A program made the position numbers and the translations under genes. The notes under the pieces were generated by a model. That model was not told where the DNA came from and made no database searches. It saw nothing but the letters and a program-made list of their open reading frames with translations. Of a stretch of DNA of 64,000 bases, positions 19,084 to 28,507 are shown piece by piece (within the stretch, counting starts at the first letter, position 1; every line of letters begins with the position of its first letter). The stretch is from an uncultured Peptococcaceae bacterium (GTDB lineage Bacteria > Bacillota > Dehalobacteriia > UBA4068 > UBA4997), in contig CANSKT010000001.1 of NCBI GenBank assembly GCA_947647555.1, forward strand, positions 31,969 to 95,968, in the 5' to 3' direction.

Positions 19084-19146
19084 CCTTATATTAATTTGCA
19101 CAGAAAATAATAAAAATAAATAATAAAATTTTTTCTGCGTAAACAC

Positions 19147-19197
19147 TTGTCAACCACACAAATACATGTTACAATAAGCGAATAGACAAACTGTCTA
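19147..19197 (+). promoter_or_regulatory. serC promoter with a palindrome at the predicted transcription start
   Basis: -35 TTGTCA 19147..19152, 17-nt spacer, -10 TACAAT 19170..19175. The perfect palindrome TAGACA-aac-TGTCTA at 19183..19197 follows immediately. Confidence 0.45.
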
Positions 19198-19227
19198 AAT
19201 ATTTTTTATGTTAGGAGATTAACGATT

Positions 19228-20322
19228 ATGACCCAGAAGCGTATTTATAATTTTTCAGCCGGTCCTTCCATGCTGCCCCTGCCGGTGCTGGAAAAGGCCG
19301 CTGCCGAACTGCTTAACTACAACGGCTCCGGCATGTCTGTAATGGAAATGAGCCACCGCTCCAAATTTTTTGAGGAAATCATTCAATCCGCAGAAAGCTT
19401 AATGCGCAAGGTAATGAACATTCCGGATAATTACCGCGTGCTGTTTCTACAAGGCGGCGCCTCCACCCAGTTTGCCATGGTGCCGCTGAACCTGCTGGCC
19501 TCGCCGGAGGGCACGGCCGATTACATCGTAAGCGGCAGCTTTGCCAAAAAGGCTTATGAAGAAGCGCAAAAATTCTCACCCAACATCAAATGTGCCGCTT
19601 CTACCAAAGCAGAAAATTTTGTCCGCGTACCCGGTCAGGACGAACTTACCCTCTCCCCGAACGCTGATTATGTGCATATCTGCTTTAACAACACCATCTA
19701 CGGCACCAAATATCCCTACATTCCGGAAACCGGCCAGGTACCACTGGTGGCTGATATGTCCTCCTGCATACTTTCCGAGCCGGTAGACGTCAGCCGCTTT
19801 GGTCTTATCTATGCCGGCGCTCAGAAAAACGTGGCTCCGGCCGGCGTAACCATTGTAATTATCCGCGACGACCTGCTGAAAGAGCCGTTGCCCGGCACGC
19901 CCACCATGCTGACCTACAAAACCCAGGCCGAAAACGATTCCATGTATAACACACCGCCCTGCTATCCCATTTATATCTGCAAGCTGGTGCTGGAATGGAT
20001 TGAAGAACTGGGCGGCCTGACCGCGCTGGCCGAGCGCAACCAGAAAAAGGCGGCGCTGCTTTATGATTATCTGGATAACAGCCAGCTTTTCCAGCCCGTG
20101 GCCGATAAAGCCAGCCGTTCTATCATGAACGTAACTTTCCGCACCGGCAACCCGGATTTGGACGCTGAATTTGCCAAACAAAGCGCCGCGGCCGGCCTCT
20201 CCAACCTGAAAGGCCACCGCTCCGTTGGCGGCATGCGCGCTTCCATTTATAACGCCATGCCTTATGAGGGCGTGCAGGCGTTGGTTGATTTCATGCAGAA
20301 ATTTGAACAGGAACACAAATAG
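19228..20322 (+). CDS. serC: Phosphoserine aminotransferase
   Basis: 364 aa. YNFSAGPSMLPLPVLEKAAAEL...MSHRSKFF...LFLQGGASTQF is a typical SerC layout. Confidence 0.9.
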   Translation: MTQKRIYNFSAGPSMLPLPVLEKAAAELLNYNGSGMSVMEMSHRSKFFEEIIQSAESLMRKVMNIPDNYRVLFLQGGASTQFAMVPLNLLASPEGTADYIVSGSFAKKAYEEAQKFSPNIKCAASTKAENFVRVPGQDELTLSPNADYVHICFNNTIYGTKYPYIPETGQVPLVADMSSCILSEPVDVSRFGLIYAGAQKNVAPAGVTIVIIRDDLLKEPLPGTPTMLTYKTQAENDSMYNTPPCYPIYICKLVLEWIEELGGLTALAERNQKKAALLYDYLDNSQLFQPVADKASRSIMNVTFRTGNPDLDAEFAKQSAAAGLSNLKGHRSVGGMRASIYNAMPYEGVQALVDFMQKFEQEHK

Positions 20323-20333
20323 GAGGAAACAAA

Positions 20334-21242
20334 ATGACTGAAATAAAAATTCTGGCCAGCGACGGCATTGAAGCCGCCGCCAGAGAAAAACTGCAAAAAC
20401 TTGGCTATCAGGTTGACGAACAGTTTTATGAAGCGGACGAATTGGCCGAACAGCTGAAAAACTATGACGTGCTGGTTGTGCGCTCCGCCACCAAAGTGCG
20501 CCAGCCGGTTATTGACGCGGCAGCGGCGGCTGGACGGCTCAAACTGATTATTCGCGGCGGCGTTGGCGTGGACAACATTGACGTTGAATATGCGGAAAGC
20601 AAGGGCATTAAAGTACGCAATACTCCGGCGGCCTCCAGCCAGTCCGTGGCGGAGTTGGCGTTGGCGCATATGTTCGCGCTGGCCCGTTATCTGCACATCG
20701 CCAACCACACCATGCGTCAGGGTGAATGGAATAAAAAGAAATATGAGGGTATTGAACTGGGCGGCAAAACGCTGGGCATTGTCGGCTATGGCCGCATCGG
20801 CCGGGCGCTGGCCAAAATGGCGCAAGCTATCGGTATGCGCGTTATCGCTGCCGACCCCTTTGTTACCGCGGAGGAGATTGTGCCGCTGAACGAGTTGCTG
20901 GCGCAGGCGGATTTTATCTCCCTGCACGTGCCGGCCGCCAAGGGCGAGCCGCCGCTGATTAATGCGGAAACGCTGGCGCAGATGAAAGACGGCGCTTATC
21001 TTATTAACACTTCCCGTGGGGCGCTGGTTGACGAGACCGCCCTGCTGGACGCGCTGAACAGCGGCAAACTGGCCGGCGCTGCGCTGGACGTTTATGCCGA
21101 GGAGCCGACCAAAAACACCGACCTCTGCAACCACCCCAGCGTTTCCCTCACACCGCATATCGGCGGTTCCACGCAGGAGGCACAGGCGCGCATTGGCGAT
21201 GAAATTGTTGCCCACATTCAGGAGCACTGCCCCCTGGCCTAA
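20334..21242 (+). CDS. serA: D-3-phosphoglycerate dehydrogenase (short form, no ACT domain)
   Basis: 302 aa D-2-hydroxyacid dehydrogenase with NAD motif GIVGYGRIGRALAKMA. Lies immediately downstream of serC. Confidence 0.8.
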   Translation: MTEIKILASDGIEAAAREKLQKLGYQVDEQFYEADELAEQLKNYDVLVVRSATKVRQPVIDAAAAAGRLKLIIRGGVGVDNIDVEYAESKGIKVRNTPAASSQSVAELALAHMFALARYLHIANHTMRQGEWNKKKYEGIELGGKTLGIVGYGRIGRALAKMAQAIGMRVIAADPFVTAEEIVPLNELLAQADFISLHVPAAKGEPPLINAETLAQMKDGAYLINTSRGALVDETALLDALNSGKLAGAALDVYAEEPTKNTDLCNHPSVSLTPHIGGSTQEAQARIGDEIVAHIQEHCPLA

Positions 21243-21432
21243 CAAAATATCTGTTATATCAACCCTCGCTGGCGCAACGTCAGCGAGGGTTTTTATGAAT
21301 ACTCAGCGGCCGGTTGATTGGCCGTTTTTGTCAGTTTATAAACAAATTTAGCCCAAAATTCCAGTTATAACCGAATCCGTTCCGGCATATCCTTATAATA
21401 ACCAATATTATACGCAAGGAGATGTCGGAATA

Positions 21433-22284
21433 TTGTCAAACACCAGATTTAATACTTCCTTTTTTAATAATACGTCGATAAATAATCGTTCTGTAAACGT
21501 CCGCCCTTTAAGCCAGCCGTTCAGTTTGCTGCTGGGCGTTTTGCTTTTCACCATTTTCTGCTGTTCAATCACCCCCAAGGCGTTTGCGGCCAGCGGCCAG
21601 CAGCTGGAAAGCCTTTCCGCCAAGGCCAGCTTAAAGCCGATTTACACCACGGCCGACCGAACACCCACCCCCATAGATAACACAACTTTGGCCAACGCCC
21701 TGCAAAAAATCAACAGCGAAGCCAACCCAGCCAACCAGCCGGAAACGGAAGCGCAAACAACGCCGGCCGAAGCGGCTAAGGCCAGTGAACCAGCTGAACC
21801 GGCACAGCCGGCAGCGCAGGCCGCCAGCGAGCAGCCGGCCGAAAAACCGGCGGAAAAGCCCAGCGGCACCCTTTTGGACGTTCCCAGCGCATACAGCGCT
21901 AACACCGGTTTTAAATCCTTTATGGATTATCGCACGCTGACCAACCGGCACAGCAAACAATACGCGCTGCAACAAAGCGCCTATACCGATGAGCAGGGTT
22001 TTCGGCGTTATAACGGTTATTATATGATTGCGCTTGGCACTTATTATACCAACGGCGTGGGAGAGCGTTTTCGCATCACGCTGGAGGGTGGGCAGAGTTT
22101 TCTGGCGATTACCGGCGATATTAAAAGCGACGCGCACACCGACAGGCTACACCAACACCGGGGCGGCAACATTGTGGAGTTTATTGTTGACCGCAGGCAT
22201 ATTTCCAGCACCTGCCAGCGTATGGGCGATATGAGTTACGCCGGTTTCAGCGGCCGCATCGCCAGCATTGAAAAATTAAATTAG
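21433..22284 (+). CDS. Secreted protein of unknown function with an Ala/Pro/Glu-rich linker and a conserved C-terminal domain (possibly a 3D/DPBB-like cell-wall-active fold)
   Basis: Signal-like segment FSLLLGVLLFTIFCCSITPKAFAASG, then linker PANQPETEAQTTPAEAAKASEPAEPAQPAAQAASEQPAEKPAEKP. The C-terminal part is FMDYRTLTNRHSKQYALQQ...YMIALGTYY...ITGDIKSDAHTD...IVEFIVD. The start codon is uncertain (TTG at 21433). Confidence 0.4.
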   Translation: MSNTRFNTSFFNNTSINNRSVNVRPLSQPFSLLLGVLLFTIFCCSITPKAFAASGQQLESLSAKASLKPIYTTADRTPTPIDNTTLANALQKINSEANPANQPETEAQTTPAEAAKASEPAEPAQPAAQAASEQPAEKPAEKPSGTLLDVPSAYSANTGFKSFMDYRTLTNRHSKQYALQQSAYTDEQGFRRYNGYYMIALGTYYTNGVGERFRITLEGGQSFLAITGDIKSDAHTDRLHQHRGGNIVEFIVDRRHISSTCQRMGDMSYAGFSGRIASIEKLN

Positions 22285-22299
22285 CAGAAATGCCCAACC

Positions 22300-22335
22300 A
22301 CGCCGTCATTTACCTTTAAAATGACGGCGTTTTTC
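22300..22335 (+). terminator. Intrinsic terminator
   Basis: 11-bp stem acgccgtcatt / aatgacggcgt followed by tttt. Confidence 0.7.
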
Positions 22336-22560
22336 AGTTAGATAACACTGCGCTTATGAATCTACTAAAAAATGGGAAAAAATTGTTGTATAATAAATAC
22401 ATTTTATGAAATACCTTAAAAAATTTGCAAAAATTTTTCCCCAAATACTACACAAACACTGAAAATAATGTTATAATAGTAGACGTAAAATTATAGGAAA
22501 AAGTGTATAGAAGTAAGACCATATTTTTTCCACGGTAACTAATGAAAGGATTGATATTAA

Positions 22561-25500
22561 ATGAAGCACTGCAAAATCCTCCGTTATCTGTTTACGGCGG
22601 CTGCCCTGCTTTCCGGCCTGGGGTTTGGGCTGGTTGGCTCCGCGCAGCCGGCGCTGGCCGTGACCGATTTGGCGCCAAGCCATTGGGCGGCCTCCACGAT
22701 TAATGCCTATGTTTCACGCGGCATTATGTCTGGTTATCCAGACGGCACATTCCGCCCGGAAGCCTCTGTTACACGCGCGGAATTTGTTAAAATGGTCAAC
22801 AGCGTTTTCGGCTATAACACGCCGGCGGCCATTAGTTTCCCCGACGTCAGCGCCAGCTATTGGGGCTATGATGAAATTGCCAAGGGCGTTTATGCCGGCT
22901 ATGTGAACGGCGATGAAAGCGGCAAATTCAATCCGGACGCGCCGCTGACCCGTGAAGAAGCGGCTTCTATCATCTGCCGCATCAAGGGTTTGGCGCCCAA
23001 TCAGTCCGCCAGCAGCAATTACACGGACAGCAGCCGTATTGCCAGCTGGGCCGCGCCGTATGTGGGCGCTGTCACCCAGTTTGGTTATATGCAGGGCGAC
23101 GGCAACGGCACATTCCAGCCCACCAAAGCGCTTACCCGGGCCGAGGCGGCCACAGTGCTGGCCAAGGCGGAATCCAGCAAAACATATACCACCACCCCGG
23201 GCTCGTCCGGCAGCTCCGGCAGCTCTGGCAGTTCCAATAACAACAACAATAATTCTAACAATAATGTTTTGGGCAAGCCCGGCGTTGGCAGCAGCACTAA
23301 CACCGACAAAGTTAAGGATTATACCATGAGTACCCGGGATAAAACGCTGGCCAACAAAACAATTACCGGCAACCTTTATATCCCCAGTGGTATGAGTTCT
23401 TCTACCATCAACCTGGACGATTTAACCGTTGAGGGCACTGTTTATGTGCGCGGCGGCAGCACGATTGATGTTGATGACTGCGAGTTCAACAAGGTTGTGA
23501 TTGATAAATCCGGCGTCAGCTTTATTACGGATACCCACTCCACCATTGATGAACTGGAGTTCTGGCGCAACGGCCGCATTGAGGGCAAAGGCTATGGTGA
23601 AGTTACCATTGCCGATAACAGCGTTTCCTCTGTTAATGTGAACGCAACCGTGGACAGCCTACTGCTGGACACTGACTCTGATTTGCGTCTGGGCCGCAAC
23701 GCCAACATTGAGGAGTTGGAGGTAACCGCCAAAGCCAACAATGCCAATGTTTATTTCTCTGGCGACGCTTATGTTGATGAGATGCGCATTTATGACCATA
23801 TCGACATCACCGGCTCCGGCGAGATTAACAAAATGTATACCTACGTTTCCGGTATTTATTCCAGCATTGAACCTAATCGTCTGATAACTTCCGGCTCCGG
23901 CACCAAACCCAATTATACCGACCGCAATGATGACGATGACGACGACGATAACTCCAACAACAACAATAATAATAACAACAACAAACCCGGCGGCAGCAAC
24001 ACGCCGTCTGACAAAAATCTGGTTGTAACCGGCAACATTGACGGCAGCGACGCTAAAAAAGGCAACGCCACCTATGACACCGTTACGGTTACCAAAGCCG
24101 GCGTTACAATCAGCAATATTATTATTGATAAGAATTTGACGATTGAAGCAAGCGTGGCCGACGGCAATGTAACCTTGGACCATGTTACCATTAAAGGCCA
24201 GGTTTACATTCATGGCGGCGGTCAGAATTCTGTCATCTTTTCTGACTGCGCGCTGGAAAAAAATATTTACATTGATAAAAAGCCCACCGATAAGGTAAAA
24301 CAGCCTGTGGGACTGAAGCTGAACAACGGCACCACGCTTAAGGGCGATATCATTCTGCAAAACAACGCCAACATTACCACCAGCCCCAAGGAATACACCC
24401 TTAATAATGTGGTGGTAAACGGCACTTTGACTGAACCGCTGAAAATTGACGCTAATATTGACAAGTTAACCGTTAATACTTCCAGCAATCTGACGATTGA
24501 ATTGGATAACAGCAACATTAATAATCTGGTTGCCAAAAAAGCGCCGGTTACAGCCAAAGGCAGCGGCAACATTAACGACGTTTCCAGCGTGCCCAATCTG
24601 AATGTGGATATGCTCACGCCGCCAGACGAGAACACCAAGCCCGACCTGCCTAACTTTAAGGCCATTATCAGCCTGAGCGGTATTCCGGAAAAGATTGAAA
24701 AAGACGGCACTATTCAACTGAACAATATTCAGGCTAAATATTCCGATAACAGCACCGCTACTATCAGTAATGTTGAATGGAAAGTTACTGACGACAAGGC
24801 CGGTGTGACAATAACCGACAATCTGCTGAGAGCTACCAAAACAGGCAGCTTTACACTGACCGGCACTGTGAAAAACGGCGTCAGCATTGGCAAAGATTTT
24901 GTTTCCGCACCCTTTAAGGTTACAGTTACCGAGGTATTTATTTCAGCGGAGAAAATTACCGCCAATGTTCCCACAGCAGTTACGCTGAAAGAGGAAGGCA
25001 CCACCAGAAAATGGGAAATTGACCTTAAAGCTACCGACGCCACAGTTACGCCCAGCAACGCCAGCAACAAGGACATAACCTGGAGCGTTAAAGGCGCAGG
25101 CGCTACCATTAATAAAGACAATGTGCTGATTTTAACCGAGCCCGGCGAGGTTACTTTAACAGCTACGGTTCTTAACGGCAAGCCCAGCGGTAACTTGACC
25201 CAGGTATTTAAAATTAAGGTTGACGCGCCTTACAGAGCAGTTAAAAATATTACCTTAGACAAATTAAAGCCGACCACAGACCACGACGGCACATTAATCT
25301 ATCAGGCTTATGCCGGCACCGAGTTCACACTCAGTACCACTGTAACCTCTGACAAAGAGGGCATTTCCCCAACCAAGTCAACTATTGAATGGACGCTGGT
25401 TAAGAGCGATAACACCGGCATTACCCAGGACAATTTCAAAAATAATCCCAGCCCCACGCTGAAACCGACCAACCCCGGCGAGATTGTGTTGAATGCGGTT

Positions 25501-28002
25501 ATTAAGGGCGGCGCCAACGAGGGCCAGGACGATTATGAGCAGGAAATCCGTATTAAGGTTAACCCCTCTCTGGTTGGCGAAATTATAGTTGCACCGGCTC
25601 CTCTTAAAGATGTAAACACCTACTATCCCGGCCAGACTATTACGTTCAAACTGGACGATAAAATTATGGACGCTTATGAGGATAAACTGGAATGGTCCAT
25701 TAATAACCAGAAAACATTGGACAGATACATTACTGACGAAAATGCAATGCCTACATTGACCCAAAATAAGGGTATTGCCACGCTGACAATCCCAGCTTCT
25801 TTCCCGACCAAGAAAGATATTGGCTCAAATCTTGATATAGAAATGCGGGTTAATAACACTGATAACCGCGACGCTTACAGAACCGTTGCCATTACTGTGG
25901 CTGAATTTATTCCAGTTGACGGTATTACCAATAAATTTGCAACAGACGTTACCATGCCCAGCGATGAAATGCGCTGCACCGTTGATTTAAGCCAAATTGA
26001 AATAACGCCAGCAAACGCTACCCTTAAAGATGTAAAATGGACTATCAAAGAGGGCAGCGATATTGCCGGAATAGATAAGGATACACTGGTTGTTACCAAC
26101 CCCGGCACGGTTGTCGTAACCGCCACCATTGCCAACGGCAAAGCACCTGGCACGGACTATACCGAAGATTTTACAATTAATATTGCCGTACCCCTGGTCA
26201 GTGATATTATTCTTGAAACTGAACCGTTTGAACAGCTTGGCGAGGAGTATCTGGCCGGCCAAGTTCTGACCTTTACGATGCATAAAACCGTAATGGAAGA
26301 ACATGGTGCAAACATTAACTGGAGCGTTAGCGGCGCTGGCATTACTGAAGCGGACTATAAAAAAGACGCAACAACTAATAAGTTAATTCTCACCATTCCT
26401 GCTACCTTTAACGGCGGCACTATAACCGTAAAAGCGGAAAACACCAATGATGACGGAAAAACCGAAACTAAAAAACTGGATATAACCGCAAAAGCGTTTA
26501 CTTCCTTTGATGAAACAACCTTTACAATTTCTGGACCAAACGATGCTACAATTAATGAAAACGATATACAGCTTTCTGCCACAGCACCGGGAAGAAATGC
26601 AGAACTTCAAACCATAACCTGGGGCTTCGCGCCTGACGGCAAACCAACCAGCTCCAACACCAAAATTGATAATACAGGCAAATTGACTATTGGTATTGAT
26701 GAAACTGCACAGGAAATTAAGGTTGTTGCCACAATGACTAATGGTAAATTAGTTAATAATAAACTGGAATCTGTTTCTTCCAATAAACACACCATTTCAA
26801 TTGATTTAGTTGAAGTTAAAGATATATATGTTAACGGAGACCCAATGCCATCAACGAACGCAGAACCTCTGCCTGAATTCTATGCGGGTCAAGATATTCA
26901 ATTTTCAATAGACGGTTCAGCAGGCTCAGTGTCAGGCAGAGTAACCACCTGGAAAATTAAAAACAAAAGCGACATTATATCCGATTATCCCAGTAGCCCA
27001 GACATTCAAAAATTTAATATTACTGAAAATGGCGGCAAACTAACTGGTACGGGTATTATTAACAAAGATACCGTGCTTGAAATCACAGCCACAACTTCTG
27101 GTGTAACAAAAACTGCATATATAAAAGTTGTTCCTTTCACCCCGGTAGAAAGTATTAACATTACCGCACCCGGTGTTACCAACAACGCTGTATATGTTGA
27201 AGTTAATGAAACAACTGGAGGTAAATTGAAGTTCACAGCTGAGGTTAAACCAGATAGCAGAAACCAAGATTATAGATGGAACTGTACGCTTGACTCCACT
27301 TCAACAAAAGAAGGAACCAAAATAGAAAATGGCGAGTTGACTATTGATCCTAAACGAACAACAGCTTTTCCGGTTTATGCTACTATTCCAAATGGCAAAA
27401 TTGTTAATGGCGTAATGCAGGCAGTAGACTCAAACAAAATAACAGTTAATCCTTTTACCTCTGTGACTAACGTGGCTATTAAATGCGAGGAAGTAACGCC
27501 AAATAAACAATTTAAGTTCACAGCTGATATTACACCAGCAAACCCAACAAACAAAACGGTTACATGGAAAATTGAGGGACAACAAACTGGTACTACTATA
27601 AACTCAACAACTGGTTCCCTAACTCTTGCCGATGGTGATGACAGCGAAATCACAGTTACAGCCACCATTACCAATGGCAAATTAGAGAATGGCACAAGAG
27701 TAAATTACATTGCAACAGTAAAATTCCAAAATGGCAGTATAATTTCACAAACAACCAAATCTAATCCGTTTACAATCACCAAACCGACAAATGAGATTGT
27801 GCCGCCAACAAACATTCCTCCCACCAATCAGTACGAGGAAGAGGAGGAAGAAGAAGAAGATTATAAGTACAATGACGATAAAAAAACCGCCGCAGAACTG
27901 GAACGCGAAAGAATTGAAGCTGAAAAAGAAGCGCAAAGAAAGCGTCAGTCTGCTCCAACAATAGGTGGCGGCGTTAAAAAGAACACTGTTTCAGCTGATT
28001 AA
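22561..28002 (+). CDS. Giant SLH-anchored surface protein with beta-helix-like modules and multiple Big_2 (bacterial Ig-like) domains
   Basis: 1813 aa. Signal peptide, then three N-terminal SLH domains (e.g. FPDVSASYWGYDEIAKGVYAGYVNGDESGKFNPDAPLTREEAASIICR). Low-complexity linkers SSGSSGSSGSSNNNNNNSNNN and DDDDDDDDNSNNNNNNNNNK. Many repeats have the Big_2 pattern (...NVEWKVTDDKAGVTITDNLLRATKTGSFTLTGTV...). The tail is acidic (EEEEEEEE). An extended -10 TGTTATAAT lies at 22469..22477. Confidence 0.85.
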   Translation: MKHCKILRYLFTAAALLSGLGFGLVGSAQPALAVTDLAPSHWAASTINAYVSRGIMSGYPDGTFRPEASVTRAEFVKMVNSVFGYNTPAAISFPDVSASYWGYDEIAKGVYAGYVNGDESGKFNPDAPLTREEAASIICRIKGLAPNQSASSNYTDSSRIASWAAPYVGAVTQFGYMQGDGNGTFQPTKALTRAEAATVLAKAESSKTYTTTPGSSGSSGSSGSSNNNNNNSNNNVLGKPGVGSSTNTDKVKDYTMSTRDKTLANKTITGNLYIPSGMSSSTINLDDLTVEGTVYVRGGSTIDVDDCEFNKVVIDKSGVSFITDTHSTIDELEFWRNGRIEGKGYGEVTIADNSVSSVNVNATVDSLLLDTDSDLRLGRNANIEELEVTAKANNANVYFSGDAYVDEMRIYDHIDITGSGEINKMYTYVSGIYSSIEPNRLITSGSGTKPNYTDRNDDDDDDDNSNNNNNNNNNKPGGSNTPSDKNLVVTGNIDGSDAKKGNATYDTVTVTKAGVTISNIIIDKNLTIEASVADGNVTLDHVTIKGQVYIHGGGQNSVIFSDCALEKNIYIDKKPTDKVKQPVGLKLNNGTTLKGDIILQNNANITTSPKEYTLNNVVVNGTLTEPLKIDANIDKLTVNTSSNLTIELDNSNINNLVAKKAPVTAKGSGNINDVSSVPNLNVDMLTPPDENTKPDLPNFKAIISLSGIPEKIEKDGTIQLNNIQAKYSDNSTATISNVEWKVTDDKAGVTITDNLLRATKTGSFTLTGTVKNGVSIGKDFVSAPFKVTVTEVFISAEKITANVPTAVTLKEEGTTRKWEIDLKATDATVTPSNASNKDITWSVKGAGATINKDNVLILTEPGEVTLTATVLNGKPSGNLTQVFKIKVDAPYRAVKNITLDKLKPTTDHDGTLIYQAYAGTEFTLSTTVTSDKEGISPTKSTIEWTLVKSDNTGITQDNFKNNPSPTLKPTNPGEIVLNAVIKGGANEGQDDYEQEIRIKVNPSLVGEIIVAPAPLKDVNTYYPGQTITFKLDDKIMDAYEDKLEWSINNQKTLDRYITDENAMPTLTQNKGIATLTIPASFPTKKDIGSNLDIEMRVNNTDNRDAYRTVAITVAEFIPVDGITNKFATDVTMPSDEMRCTVDLSQIEITPANATLKDVKWTIKEGSDIAGIDKDTLVVTNPGTVVVTATIANGKAPGTDYTEDFTINIAVPLVSDIILETEPFEQLGEEYLAGQVLTFTMHKTVMEEHGANINWSVSGAGITEADYKKDATTNKLILTIPATFNGGTITVKAENTNDDGKTETKKLDITAKAFTSFDETTFTISGPNDATINENDIQLSATAPGRNAELQTITWGFAPDGKPTSSNTKIDNTGKLTIGIDETAQEIKVVATMTNGKLVNNKLESVSSNKHTISIDLVEVKDIYVNGDPMPSTNAEPLPEFYAGQDIQFSIDGSAGSVSGRVTTWKIKNKSDIISDYPSSPDIQKFNITENGGKLTGTGIINKDTVLEITATTSGVTKTAYIKVVPFTPVESINITAPGVTNNAVYVEVNETTGGKLKFTAEVKPDSRNQDYRWNCTLDSTSTKEGTKIENGELTIDPKRTTAFPVYATIPNGKIVNGVMQAVDSNKITVNPFTSVTNVAIKCEEVTPNKQFKFTADITPANPTNKTVTWKIEGQQTGTTINSTTGSLTLADGDDSEITVTATITNGKLENGTRVNYIATVKFQNGSIISQTTKSNPFTITKPTNEIVPPTNIPPTNQYEEEEEEEEDYKYNDDKKTAAELERERIEAEKEAQRKRQSAPTIGGGVKKNTVSAD

Positions 28003-28019
28003 AACTGAACAAAATCAAA

Positions 28020-28051
28020 CAACCCTGCCCAAACGGCAGGGTTGTTTTTTT
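28020..28051 (+). terminator. Intrinsic terminator of the giant SLH gene
   Basis: 10-bp stem caaccctgcc / ggcagggttg, loop caaac, then ttttttt. Confidence 0.8.
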
Positions 28052-28091
28052 ACTTATTATACACTGGCAAGGCATGTATAAAAAAATTGGA

Positions 28092-28121
28092 TTGACATTT
28101 AATCAAGAAAAATGCTATAAT
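28092..28121 (+). promoter_or_regulatory. Candidate sigma-A promoter of the small toxin-like ORF
   Basis: -35 TTGACA 28092..28097, 18-nt spacer, -10 TATAAT 28116..28121. It is followed by a ~125-nt leader containing an anti-SD hairpin: CCTCCTCA 28221..28228 pairs with TGAGGAGG 28239..28246. Confidence 0.5.
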
Positions 28122-28254
28122 AAAAAAACAAAGAGTTGAAACTTAAATTGGCGGTTTGCCCTCAGAAGAACATAAATACATCTGTGTAAGGTGTATGGTT
28201 GGAAGATGAGGGATTAGGGCCCTCCTCAAATTGTTCGATGAGGAGGTGATGCCA

Positions 28255-28350
28255 ATGTTTTGGTTAAGCGTAGCGGCATTAGTTATGCAGACAATCCAAC
28301 TTTGTCTGCAAGCCGTTGAGTTTATATTAAATCATGGCAAACAAAAATAA
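28255..28350 (+). CDS. Unannotated 31-aa hydrophobic peptide, candidate type I toxin
   Basis: ATG at 28255, 8 nt after SD gaggaggtg. Product is MFWLSVAALVMQTIQLCLQAVEFILNHGKQK, then TAA. Hydrophobic/amphipathic core with a basic tail. The SD is sequestered in a leader hairpin, and a convergent antisense promoter lies downstream. Confidence 0.5.
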   Translation: MFWLSVAALVMQTIQLCLQAVEFILNHGKQK

Positions 28351-28432
28351 CCGCCCACTCTACAAAGTAACGGTTATTTTTTTATAGCTTCTACTTCTGT
28401 GGGCTGACCTGATTTGAGGGTCAGCTCTTTGC
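28340..28432 (-). ncRNA. Candidate antisense (antitoxin) RNA convergent with the 31-aa ORF
   Basis: Minus-strand promoter: -35 TTGACA 28467..28462, 17-nt spacer, -10 TATAAT 28444..28439. The predicted ~90-nt RNA contains hairpin gctgacc-N9-ggtcagc. It ends at hairpin ataaccg...cggttat plus a T-run that overlaps the ORF 3' end. Ends are approximate. Confidence 0.45.
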
Positions 28433-28507
28433 ATTTTTATTATAACACTCCGTCTGGTTTTTGTCAACCCAATTATTTAGTTGATATGCCAGCTGTTTTA
28501 TAACGCC

